In this document: positions 48,051-56,420 of the stretch, one piece after another
Layout: each line of letters opens with the position of its first letter
How positions within the stretch are numbered: position 1 is the first letter of the stretch
NCBI GenBank assembly: GCA_963705105.1
Contig: CAVPIW010000014.1
Location: forward strand, 128,001 to 192,000
DNA from: an uncultured Nitrospiraceae bacterium
GTDB lineage: Bacteria > Nitrospirota > Thermodesulfovibrionia > Thermodesulfovibrionales > Dissulfurispiraceae
Direction of reading: 5' to 3'
DNA length: 64,000 nucleotides
Translations under genes and position numbers: made by a program
Notes under the pieces: generated by a model
Databases searched by the model: none
Told to the model about the DNA's origin: nothing
Seen by the model: the letters and a program-made list of their open reading frames with translations, nothing else

Positions 48051-48899
48051 TTACCGCAAATACCGTTTGAACCTCTCCGTCCTCTTCTGTAAAAAAGCGG
48101 GGTCGGGCTGCACCGCCGGCATGGCGTTCCGGACCGTATCGATCCTCTCGGCGGTACCCGGATGGGTGGCGGTGATGCCCCCGGATGCCTGCGGCCGTGT
48201 GCGCAGTCTCTCCAGATAGGTGCTGAGGGCACGTGGATCGTACCCCGACCGCGCGAGGATCACGAGGGCCGTCTCGTCGGCGCTCTTTTCCTGTCCTCTT
48301 CCGTAGCCGTTCACCACGATGGTCTTGAACACGTCGTCGACGGAGCCCTCGAAGAGGTTCACAAGCGTAGAAATCTGCCCCGGCGCGTAGGACCGGACAG
48401 CCTCCTTGCCGACAATGGAGGCCACCTCCGTCCAGCGCGAACTCTGGATGGCGGCGACGCCGTCACGATGGTTGACATGGGCGACCTCGTGCGCGAGGAC
48501 CGCAGCAAGCTCGTCCTCGTTCGCGACCGTCGAAATGAGGCCCCTCGTGATGAAGATGGACCCTCCCGGCGCGGCAAAGGCATTGGGCTCCCGGGAGTCG
48601 AGCACAGCGAAATGATACCCGCCGTGGGTCAGGGGTTTGTCGGAGTTGAGGGCGACGGTCATGCCGACAAGGTTCACATATTCCGTCAGGGCCGTGTTGT
48701 TTGAGAGGGGGTAGGTGGAGAGGATCCGGGCAGCGACGGCGCGGCCCACGTAGTATTCCTCTTCGTCCGATATGGGACGTGCCGCTTTCGCGGTACTCGA
48801 CGCGAGGGTGGTGAGGGTGCTGACGTCAGGCATGCCGACGGTCTTGCATCCGGCGACCAGCACGGCAAAGACGGCGATGTACGCAAGATAACGTTTCAT
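48051..48899 (-). CDS. M48 family metallopeptidase lipoprotein
   Basis: Lipobox LVAGC; PNAFAAPGG, HEVAH, E..AD and THP motifs. Confidence 0.9.
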   Translation of the reverse strand: MKRYLAYIAVFAVLVAGCKTVGMPDVSTLTTLASSTAKAARPISDEEEYYVGRAVAARILSTYPLSNNTALTEYVNLVGMTVALNSDKPLTHGGYHFAVLDSREPNAFAAPGGSIFITRGLISTVANEDELAAVLAHEVAHVNHRDGVAAIQSSRWTEVASIVGKEAVRSYAPGQISTLVNLFEGSVDDVFKTIVVNGYGRGQEKSADETALVILARSGYDPRALSTYLERLRTRPQASGGITATHPGTAERIDTVRNAMPAVQPDPAFLQKRTERFKRYLR

Positions 48900-49366
48900 C
48901 AGGGCTGCTTCAGTCCCCCGTCCTGCATGAACTCCCAGAGACTCCTGTCGGATACGCGGTAGCGCTCCACACCGTCGACGGCGCGGTAGTTCAGGCTGCT
49001 GTGCTGCCTTCTGTAGGACGCCTCGACCTCGGGAGTGAAGCCCTTGCCGGCCAGCGCCACCTCTTCCTGCGAGGCGCCTCCCGCCCGCGTGCCCGATACG
49101 CCGGAGACGGAATAGGACCGGGTTTCGAGGGCGCTCCTGTGCAGGCACCCCCGGGTCTTTCCGAATGAGACTTTGACCCAGTCGCCCTCTCTCGAAATGA
49201 TGGTCACGCTGTCATTGTACTGGAGTTTCGCCACGGAAGGAGCAAGGAACCGGCACTGTTCACGGAGGGCCGCCTCCTTCAGGACGATCCTCGCCGTCTC
49301 CGCATGGGCGGGCACAAGGGAGAACAGAACAATGCAAAGGGCGGAGAGGGGAATAAGGAGGTTCAT
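48899..49366 (-). CDS. Exported SH3b-domain protein
   Basis: Signal peptide; SH3-like segment (V.I...EGDWVKV...RGCLH); EVALAGKGF motif; coupled to both neighbours. Confidence 0.7.
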   Translation of the reverse strand: MNLLIPLSALCIVLFSLVPAHAETARIVLKEAALREQCRFLAPSVAKLQYNDSVTIISREGDWVKVSFGKTRGCLHRSALETRSYSVSGVSGTRAGGASQEEVALAGKGFTPEVEASYRRQHSSLNYRAVDGVERYRVSDRSLWEFMQDGGLKQP

Positions 49367-51453
49367 TTTTCCGTCATTTTAACGGTTTTCCAGTCCTCTG
49401 TCAAGGCGGGCTGCCGCAGGAGATCGCCGCAGCGCTTCAGATAAAATGCCGCCGCCCCGTCATCGGGAAATCTGCGAGACAGGTCTTCGAACAACGGCAG
49501 CGCCTCGGGCAACCGGCCCTCCTGAAACAGGGCCATCGCCCTGTTGAACTCATCCACTGCACCTCTTATGTCATCGGTTGTCTCACCGGCATTCCCGACG
49601 AGCTCGAAGATGCGGAGAGGTATGGCCTTTCCCTTTACTTCGATCATGCCGAGCTCTCTCGCAAGGAAGCGGTCTCCTGTCCTGCCGAGGGTCTCTTCGC
49701 TCACGATGATCTTCGTGTGAAACAGCTTGTTCGCCGACTCGAGGCGCGAGGACACATTCACGGGGTCGCCGACGACCGTATAGTCGAAGATCCTGCTGCT
49801 GCCGAGGTTCCCGACGATCACGTCCCCCGAGTGGATGCCGATCCGCACCGATATGGACGGCAATCCTCCTGCGGTGAACCGCCCGTTGATCTCCCCGAGG
49901 GCGGTGATGCACCCCAGCGCCGCCGAACAGGCGCCCGCTTCATCACCGTCCGTCCTGAGCGGCGCCCCCCAGAAGGCCATGATGGAATCACCGATATACT
50001 TGTCAATGACGCCTCCCTCGGCGATGATCATTTCCGTGAACGTGTCCAGCACGGTATGGAGCAGGGAAGCCGTTTCTTCGGCGGTGAGCCGTTCCGCCAT
50101 AGATGTAAAACCGGCGATATCGACGAAGAAGACCGTCACGAAGCGTTTCTGGCCTCCGGGCTTTATGATCTCGGGATGCCTGAGCACGTGGCGCACGATT
50201 TTGTCATCCATGTACTGGGAGAAGACCCGCCTGATAAAGCGCCGCTCCTTCGCCTCCGTGGCATAGCTGTATGCGCCGGCGATGCCGAAGCTCATGACGA
50301 GGGAGACGGCCGGGGGGATGGCGAGCAGATAGTATCCGTAGCTGAACGCGGTGGCAGGCACGGCGATGACGACTGCTGAAGCGACAAGCAGCATGATGCC
50401 CTGGGCGATAAACGAATGGTATCTCATGACGAAGGACGTGACGACAGCGCAGATCAGGATCACAAAAAACACCGCGTACCCTGTGCTTAGGGGATGAATG
50501 AAGTTCCTGTTCACGATGTTCTCGAACGTCGTTGCGTGAATCTCCACGCCCGTCGAAAGGGGGGACACCGGCGTGGGCTTCAGGTCGAACAGGCCTGCCG
50601 CGGTAAAGCCGAGGAAGACGTGCTTGCCCCTGAAATGCCCTTTGGTGATAGCGGGCCGTCGCGAAGCTGCAGCGTCGGCATGGGCTTTCAGGATGTCGGC
50701 GGCCGGCATGGAGGGGAAGGGCTCGCCGGCATATCTCAGGAGAAGTCTCCCGTTGCCGAGGGGGATCTTCCTTTCTCCGCTGAAGATCTCCCCCTCCTTT
50801 ACCGTGACGACGCCCTTGCGCATCAGGTGGGGAAGGACGAAGTGGCCCAGCGTGAACCGGTCGACCGGGAAGAGGAGAGGGACGGCTCTGTATACCCCGT
50901 CACCGTCGGGCCGGATCATGACGTTTCCCGCACCTGTGACCGCCGGTCTCAGGAGCTGCAGTGGAAGAACCGCCGACCTGAACGCAGATCCGTGCGGGTT
51001 TCCCTGTGCTACCGCATGCTTCTCAAGGAAGGCCCTTTCTCCGGCATCGAGGCCTTCCCTTTTGTCGGTGAGGGCGATGGGAAGATAGACGTTCGCCGAG
51101 TCTTTCATCGCCGCGGCGAGGATGACGTCGTCCTCGTTTCCGTATGACGAGGGCTCCAGGAAAAGGACGTCGATGAAGACCGCCTCGGCCTCGGAGAGGT
51201 ACTCGATGATTGCCGCGTAAACTTGTCTCGGCCAGGGCCAGGGAATGCCTTCGCTGTTCAGGCTGTCGAGGCTCGCCTGGTCGACCTTCACTATGATGAC
51301 CGATCCTGTTGACAGCCCGGGATTGAACGTTCGCGACAGGAGGTCATAGGCCTTGAGCTCGAAACCCGTGAAGAGGCCCGATGTCGCGACGGCGAGAGAG
51401 AGCACGGAGGAGAGGAAAGCGAACAGGACGATAAGCCGCCATCGCCTGACCAT
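49363..51453 (-). CDS. CHASE2-domain class III adenylate cyclase with C-terminal TPR-like tail
   Basis: CHASE2 (WPWPR, DGVYR, GVEIHA), three TM helices, FVDIAGFT, DKYIGD, DYTVVGDPVNVSSRLE (K/D ATP-specifying residues). Start uncertain (51453 or 51501). Confidence 0.9.
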   Translation of the reverse strand: MVRRWRLIVLFAFLSSVLSLAVATSGLFTGFELKAYDLLSRTFNPGLSTGSVIIVKVDQASLDSLNSEGIPWPWPRQVYAAIIEYLSEAEAVFIDVLFLEPSSYGNEDDVILAAAMKDSANVYLPIALTDKREGLDAGERAFLEKHAVAQGNPHGSAFRSAVLPLQLLRPAVTGAGNVMIRPDGDGVYRAVPLLFPVDRFTLGHFVLPHLMRKGVVTVKEGEIFSGERKIPLGNGRLLLRYAGEPFPSMPAADILKAHADAAASRRPAITKGHFRGKHVFLGFTAAGLFDLKPTPVSPLSTGVEIHATTFENIVNRNFIHPLSTGYAVFFVILICAVVTSFVMRYHSFIAQGIMLLVASAVVIAVPATAFSYGYYLLAIPPAVSLVMSFGIAGAYSYATEAKERRFIRRVFSQYMDDKIVRHVLRHPEIIKPGGQKRFVTVFFVDIAGFTSMAERLTAEETASLLHTVLDTFTEMIIAEGGVIDKYIGDSIMAFWGAPLRTDGDEAGACSAALGCITALGEINGRFTAGGLPSISVRIGIHSGDVIVGNLGSSRIFDYTVVGDPVNVSSRLESANKLFHTKIIVSEETLGRTGDRFLARELGMIEVKGKAIPLRIFELVGNAGETTDDIRGAVDEFNRAMALFQEGRLPEALPLFEDLSRRFPDDGAAAFYLKRCGDLLRQPALTEDWKTVKMTEK

Positions 51454-51853
51454 GCCGGGCGCCGTTCCTTCCCCGGCGCCCTTCTCAGGGTGACCCCTCA
51501 TGCCCGTTCCCGATCATGGTCTCGTCTGCTGCTGTCACCTGCAGATTTAACCACAAAGCACGGGGCTTCTGCAAAGGGGACGACAACGCTGCAAGGGCGA
51601 CAGGGAAAAGGCACGGCTCAGATGCCGCCACTGCAGTCATCCGTTGCCCGTCGGCAGCCTGAGCAAGGCCGGAGTCAACAATTTCCGTGGCAATCGAAAG
51701 AAGCATCGGGAATGACCTGTCCGGATCAACTGTGATACAATCGAATCGACAATACGGGCGGGGGCCTGTGCTATGTTCACACTGTGTCGCCACCCCCGGA
51801 GTGTGGTGCCTGAAGGAGAGCGCTCATGGATAACGGCGTTTCATCGGAGTGAC

Positions 51854-52462
51854 ATGAAATTCAGGGGCATACATCATCTCGCCATGGTGACCGGGGACAT
51901 GGACAGGACGATCAGGTTCTGGAGGGACCTCCTGGGGATGAGGCTCGTGGCCGGCATGGGAAAGACCGGTTACCGGCAGTATTTCTTCGAACTTTCAGGG
52001 GGAACCCTTTTGGGGTTCTATGAATGGACAGGCGCGGAGCCGGTCCCCGAGAAGGAAGCGGGTCAGGCGATGAAGGGACCCATCGTGTTCGACCATCTCT
52101 GTATGGAAGTCGAGAGCGAGGATGCTCTCTGGGACCTGAAGGAGAGGCTCGATGCCGGCGACATCTGGGTGTCGGAAGTGATCGATCACGGGTTCATCCA
52201 TTCCATCTTTACCTTCGACCCCAACGGCATCGCTCTCGAGTTCAGTTGCGCAGTGGCCGGCTATGACTTCCGGCGGCACCCCGTCATGATCGACCGGGAG
52301 CCCTCGGAGATCACCAAAGAAGGTCCCGAGCCCCAACAGGACGTCTGGCCGGAACCGACGGCGCGGACGCCCCGGGCGGAACGCAGGATGTATCCGGGAG
52401 ACCTCAGAAAGCTGATCGCATCATGGCCTGCATCCGGAAATCCCGAAGACACACCGAAATAG
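51854..52462 (+). CDS. VOC/glyoxalase family protein
   Basis: GIHHLAM, FDHL and DPNGIALEF motifs. Confidence 0.88.
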   Translation: MKFRGIHHLAMVTGDMDRTIRFWRDLLGMRLVAGMGKTGYRQYFFELSGGTLLGFYEWTGAEPVPEKEAGQAMKGPIVFDHLCMEVESEDALWDLKERLDAGDIWVSEVIDHGFIHSIFTFDPNGIALEFSCAVAGYDFRRHPVMIDREPSEITKEGPEPQQDVWPEPTARTPRAERRMYPGDLRKLIASWPASGNPEDTPK

Positions 52463-52514
52463 GGAAAAATTCCCCTTTAAAGGGAAAGCATCCTGCCCAT
52501 CATTGTAACGGCAA

Positions 52515-52866
52515 TCTCACGCAAAGCCGCAAAGCACGCAAAGAAAAACAGAGACTCTACCTTAACGTTGCATACGATCCTCGGAAAAGCGGGGTGTGTG
52601 CGCCGAAAACCTTGATGCGGCGACACCTTAACCGTCACAGAAGACAACCCTTCAAGCCAATGGTCGATCACACAGACAGTGGAATCCTCAAAGACAAACC
52701 TGACGAGGCTCATCGTCGCCTTCAGCAAGGCTTTGAGGCGCTTCGCCCCGCCTTTTCATGCAACAGAACGGTCTATATTGTGTTGTGCTTCTGTAATCTG
52801 TAATATCCCATGCATTTCATTCCATCATTCCGCCTTTCTTGGCGACCATGGCGTCTTTGCGCGAGA
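52515..52866. repeat. Family A1 element (52560-52771) within a family D (CGCAAAG-type) inverted repeat
   Basis: Arms TCTCACGCAAAGCCGCAAAGCACGCAAAGAAA (52515-52546) and TTTCTTGGCGACCATGGCGTCTTTGCGCGAGA (52835-52866). Lone D right arms also occur at ~21791-21820 and 26857-26888. Confidence 0.8.
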
Positions 52867-53049
52867 ATCGGTCTTTCATTGATTTCTCCCTCGCCGCCTT
52901 CCCCGGGGGTCTTTTCATAAAAGGTGGTCCGGCGATCAACAAATTCCCTCCATCACGCAACTCCCGAGTTAGGAATTTCGACTGTTTTTTTCACCTGGCA
53001 CCAAAGCTGCATCCCTGTGATCAGAGTCACACGATCGGAGGTGCCGAAC

Positions 53050-53610
53050 ATGAAAAGCGATATTTGGATAACAGAGCGAATTGCCCGGGAGAGCATCGGA
53101 AAACGGGATATCTCCCACATGAAACGCATGGTGATGGAGGGTTTTACCGACGAAGAGATTCTCAGGTCGCTGCGGAGGAGGATGGTGGCGAACTCGAAAT
53201 CCCTGCAGACCTATATCCGCCAGGAAAAAATCCTTGGCCTGATGCTCAAGCTCTCCTTCAGGGTTCACTGGGCGCTCATCCTGCCGGTGATCGAGAAATG
53301 GCTGGAAGAAAAGGAGTCTGTCGTGGGCTGGTCCGAATCAAAGCACGACGACAGGATCGCGGGTAAGGCGCGGCAATTGCGCGAAATGCTGTCCGGTAAG
53401 GACAACGGCATGGTGAGCAGGAAGTATTTCAGCTCGGGCAAGGTGACCGATGAGACAATGGAGATCATCGAAGAGGTCGCAGAAATGCTCCTGAACGAAC
53501 TCGAAGGCGGCGAAAAGGAAAGGGCCTCCAGAGACGGTGCGGCCGGGTCGCAGCATGAACCCTCGCGCAATGCCCTTCAGGCGACGGAAATGGAGCCCGT
53601 GATCGTCTGA
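53050..53610 (+). CDS. Hypothetical protein
   Basis: GGAGG RBS and typical codon usage; no family recognised. Confidence 0.65.
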   Translation: MKSDIWITERIARESIGKRDISHMKRMVMEGFTDEEILRSLRRRMVANSKSLQTYIRQEKILGLMLKLSFRVHWALILPVIEKWLEEKESVVGWSESKHDDRIAGKARQLREMLSGKDNGMVSRKYFSSGKVTDETMEIIEEVAEMLLNELEGGEKERASRDGAAGSQHEPSRNALQATEMEPVIV

Positions 53611-53654
53611 GCAGTGGCCGGACTTGTCCGGACAGGTCTTTTCATGCGAATATA

Positions 53655-53867
53655 CCTTATCGGTGCAATACACTTCCGGGAAAGGCGGGGCGTATGCGCC
53701 GAAAACCTTGCTGCGGCGACACCATAACTCTCACGGAAGACAACCTTTCAAACCAATGGTCGACCACACAAAGAGTGGAATCCTGAAAGACAAACCTGAC
53801 GAGGCTTATCGTCGCCTTCAGCAAGGCTTTGAGGCGCTTCGCCACGCCTTTCTATGCAACTACAGGG
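53655..53867 (+). repeat. Family A1 element with TA flanks
   Basis: GAATATA|CCTTATCGGTGCA...TGCAACTACAGGG|TATATTC; ~45-bp imperfect inverted arms. Confidence 0.92.
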
Positions 53868-53901
53868 TATATTCTTTAACCATATCGACAAGGAGAATTC
53901 C

Positions 53902-55233
53902 ATGGAAAACCTGATGGACAAGATAGCGCACCTTGAGGAAACCCACAACCGGATTGATCCGGAGCTTGTAAAACGGAAGAACATCAAGCTGGGTCTCCGG
54001 AACGCCGACGGCACCGGTGTCGTCGTCGGCATCACAAGCAAGGGACAGGTCCTCGGATACGAGAAGGACGACTCAGGAGAGGTCAGGGCCGTACCGGGCA
54101 AGCTCCTTTACTGCGGCTATGATCTCGAGGACCTCGTCGCGCACGCTGATACGGAATGGCGGTATGGCTTCGAAGAGGTGGCTTATTTGCTCCTGACCGG
54201 GGAACTGCCGAATGCGGACGATCTGGTCAGTTTCACAAGGGCGCTCTCGGATCGGCGGGCCCTCCCCCAGGAGCTCAAGAAGGTCCTCCGGTTCAACTCG
54301 AAGAACGATGACCAGATGTGCGCTCTCCACACGGCTGTCTCGTCGCTTCACAAATTCGACGCCAATCCCCGCACGACCGACATACGCGACGTGACGAGGC
54401 AGTGCATCGGTCTCATCGCCAAGATCCCCGCCATCATCGCCTATAATCACCTCGTCTGCCGCTCCTGGCGGGGAACGCGGTCGTCCTTCCTGGAGCCTGA
54501 ATCGGGCATGACGACGGCCCAGAGCTTCCTCACGATGCTTCACTGCCGCGCCCCGTCCGACAAAATCGCCCATGCCTTCGACATCGCCCTGATGCTTCAC
54601 GCCGAGCACGGAGGCGGGAACAATTCGACCTTCACCGTCAGGACGGTGTCATCGAGCCTGACGGACACCTATATGGCGATCTGCGCGGGGATCGCATCCC
54701 TTGCAGGACATCTCCACGGAGGCGCCAATGAGGCCGTCATGAACATGATGGACCACATGAAACGGGACCTGAGGGACTGGGAGGATGACGACGAGATCTC
54801 GGCCTACCTCGGCGGGCTCCTTGACGGTCGCCACGGCGACCGGTCCGGCAAGATCTACGGCATGGGCCACGCTGTCTACACCATCTCCGACCCCCGCGTC
54901 GACATCCTCAGGAAAAAGGCCGCTCCCTTCGCCGAGGAGGCGGAAAGGACGGATGAACTCCGGCTCTTCGAAAGAGTGGCGAGACTCGCTCCCCCGATCA
55001 TCCGGGAGAGAAAAAGTAAGATCGTCTGCCCGAACGTCGATTTCTTCTCGGGCTTTCTTTACGATATGCTCGACATCCCCCAGGAACTCTTCACTCCCAT
55101 CTTTGCCATGTCCCGTGTCGTCGGTTGGTCCGCGCACCGGATCGAAGAGATCATCCAGGGCAGGCTCATCCGCCCTGCCTATGTCTCAACCCGGGAAGGC
55201 ATCAGACCGTACGTTCCCCTGGAATCGCGATGA
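53902..55233 (+). CDS. gltA: Citrate synthase
   Basis: HAEHGGGNNST, HGGAN, GMGHAVY and PNVDF motifs; AAGGAG RBS. Confidence 0.9.
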   Translation: MENLMDKIAHLEETHNRIDPELVKRKNIKLGLRNADGTGVVVGITSKGQVLGYEKDDSGEVRAVPGKLLYCGYDLEDLVAHADTEWRYGFEEVAYLLLTGELPNADDLVSFTRALSDRRALPQELKKVLRFNSKNDDQMCALHTAVSSLHKFDANPRTTDIRDVTRQCIGLIAKIPAIIAYNHLVCRSWRGTRSSFLEPESGMTTAQSFLTMLHCRAPSDKIAHAFDIALMLHAEHGGGNNSTFTVRTVSSSLTDTYMAICAGIASLAGHLHGGANEAVMNMMDHMKRDLRDWEDDDEISAYLGGLLDGRHGDRSGKIYGMGHAVYTISDPRVDILRKKAAPFAEEAERTDELRLFERVARLAPPIIRERKSKIVCPNVDFFSGFLYDMLDIPQELFTPIFAMSRVVGWSAHRIEEIIQGRLIRPAYVSTREGIRPYVPLESR

Positions 55234-55273
55234 AGAGGGAGCGCGGGCCGGTGCTGCACCGACCCGCGCTTTC

Positions 55274-56044
55274 TTACTCGGAAGCGGTAAAACTTGTCGT
55301 CCCCAAACCGCTGTTGCTGTTGGAAGGGTCATAGGTGTAGACGGCCACCTCGTAAGCGCCCGGCTCCGAAATGTCGACGGTCCCCGCAAAGTCACTCACT
55401 GAACCGTCATAAACGAGGGGTACCTCGCGATACGCCTTGCCGTCTTTCCTGATCAGCGCTTTGATCTCATACCTGTTCGAGTCCCATATGCCGCCCGGCA
55501 TAAGAGGACACCCTCACATCATGACGATGTGCGCTTTTATTCCGACACTGGCTTTTCCGTTTCTGAGCACGACCCGGGAGCCCTCCGCAGGGGCGGTCAC
55601 ATCGACGGCGAAGCCCGGCAGTTCGAGAAGCACCCCGTCACCGCCGGTCAGGTGTTTTCCGGGGATGACCCACTGGGTGACGCTGACGCTGTTTGCAGTC
55701 TTCAGCACCGAGAGCGGACCGAAGGCCTTGATTTCGACCTTCGTCGGAACGGATATGTCGATAGTGGCGGAAAATTTCGCCGAGTCGGGGGTTGAAAGCG
55801 AGACTCCCCGTTTCGGGTTCATGATACGGTCGAGATCGCCCGTGCTGCCCGTGGTGACACCTTCCGCAAGCACTTTCCGCGTCGCGGTGTCCGTTATCGT
55901 CACCTGCGCGCCATTCATGCTTGTCCCGAGGAACTTGGCGTCTTTCGTCTTGACACGGACCGTTATTTCCGTTGGAACGGCGGCAGCCCTGCCGGCTATG
56001 ACCATGCATACCAGGAATGCCGCAAGAAGCACCATGAATCGCAT
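55274..56044 (-). CDS. Probable exported selenoprotein (UGA at 55514-55516 read as Sec in MM-U-G-C-P)
   Basis: Two ORF-track ORFs share one frame and are separated only by a TGA; AAGGAGG RBS and signal peptide; SECIS-like hairpin directly downstream of the TGA. Confidence 0.75.
55481..55509 (-). promoter_or_regulatory. Putative bacterial SECIS hairpin
   Basis: mRNA GUCCU-CU-UAUGCC-GGGC-GGCAUA-U-GGGAC; G-initiated apical loop 17 nt after the UGA. Confidence 0.65.
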
Positions 56045-56079
56045 GTCTGACCTCCTTCGTGTCGTTTTTACCTTGTTCA

Positions 56080-56270
56080 CCGTATCGTTGCTATACGGCC
56101 TCCGGCAAGGCGGGGCGAAGCACTCTGAAAAACAGTGTCAGTGACAGTGTGAGTGTCAGGATAAGGTTCACCTCTATTGACCGTCGGCCTGACATGATCC
56201 TCAGGGGATGATTAAGGTGTCGCCGCATCAAGGTTTTCCGCGCATTCACCCCAGCCCCGCCTTTCCCGGG
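56080..56270. repeat. Family A element with inverted A2 interior
   Basis: Forward left terminus CCGTATCGTTGC..AAGGCGGGGCG followed by the reverse complement of the A2 interior. Confidence 0.75.
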
Positions 56271-56420
56271 AATGAAGGCCTACTGTACTGTAGCATAAAA
56301 CGGCGGCTCGGAACGTCTCAGGGTCTTATGGCAGGTATCACTCAACCCGCGACAGCATTTCGACGATAAAGAGATAACCCATCATCTTTTCAGGGAACTG
56401 AGAGCAGAGACAGGAGTCCC

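Noticed and set aside
51500..51800. Cyclic-dinucleotide riboswitch upstream of the cyclase operon
   Set aside because: Could not identify the GEMM consensus elements by eye. An Infernal/Rfam scan would be decisive.
52423..53914. Recurrent short ORFs such as GKGGAYAPKTLLRRH...RRLQQGFEALR as a peptide family
   Set aside because: They are translations of family A repeats. Frames differ between copies (e.g. 7378-7635, 15421-15636) and there is no consistent start or RBS.
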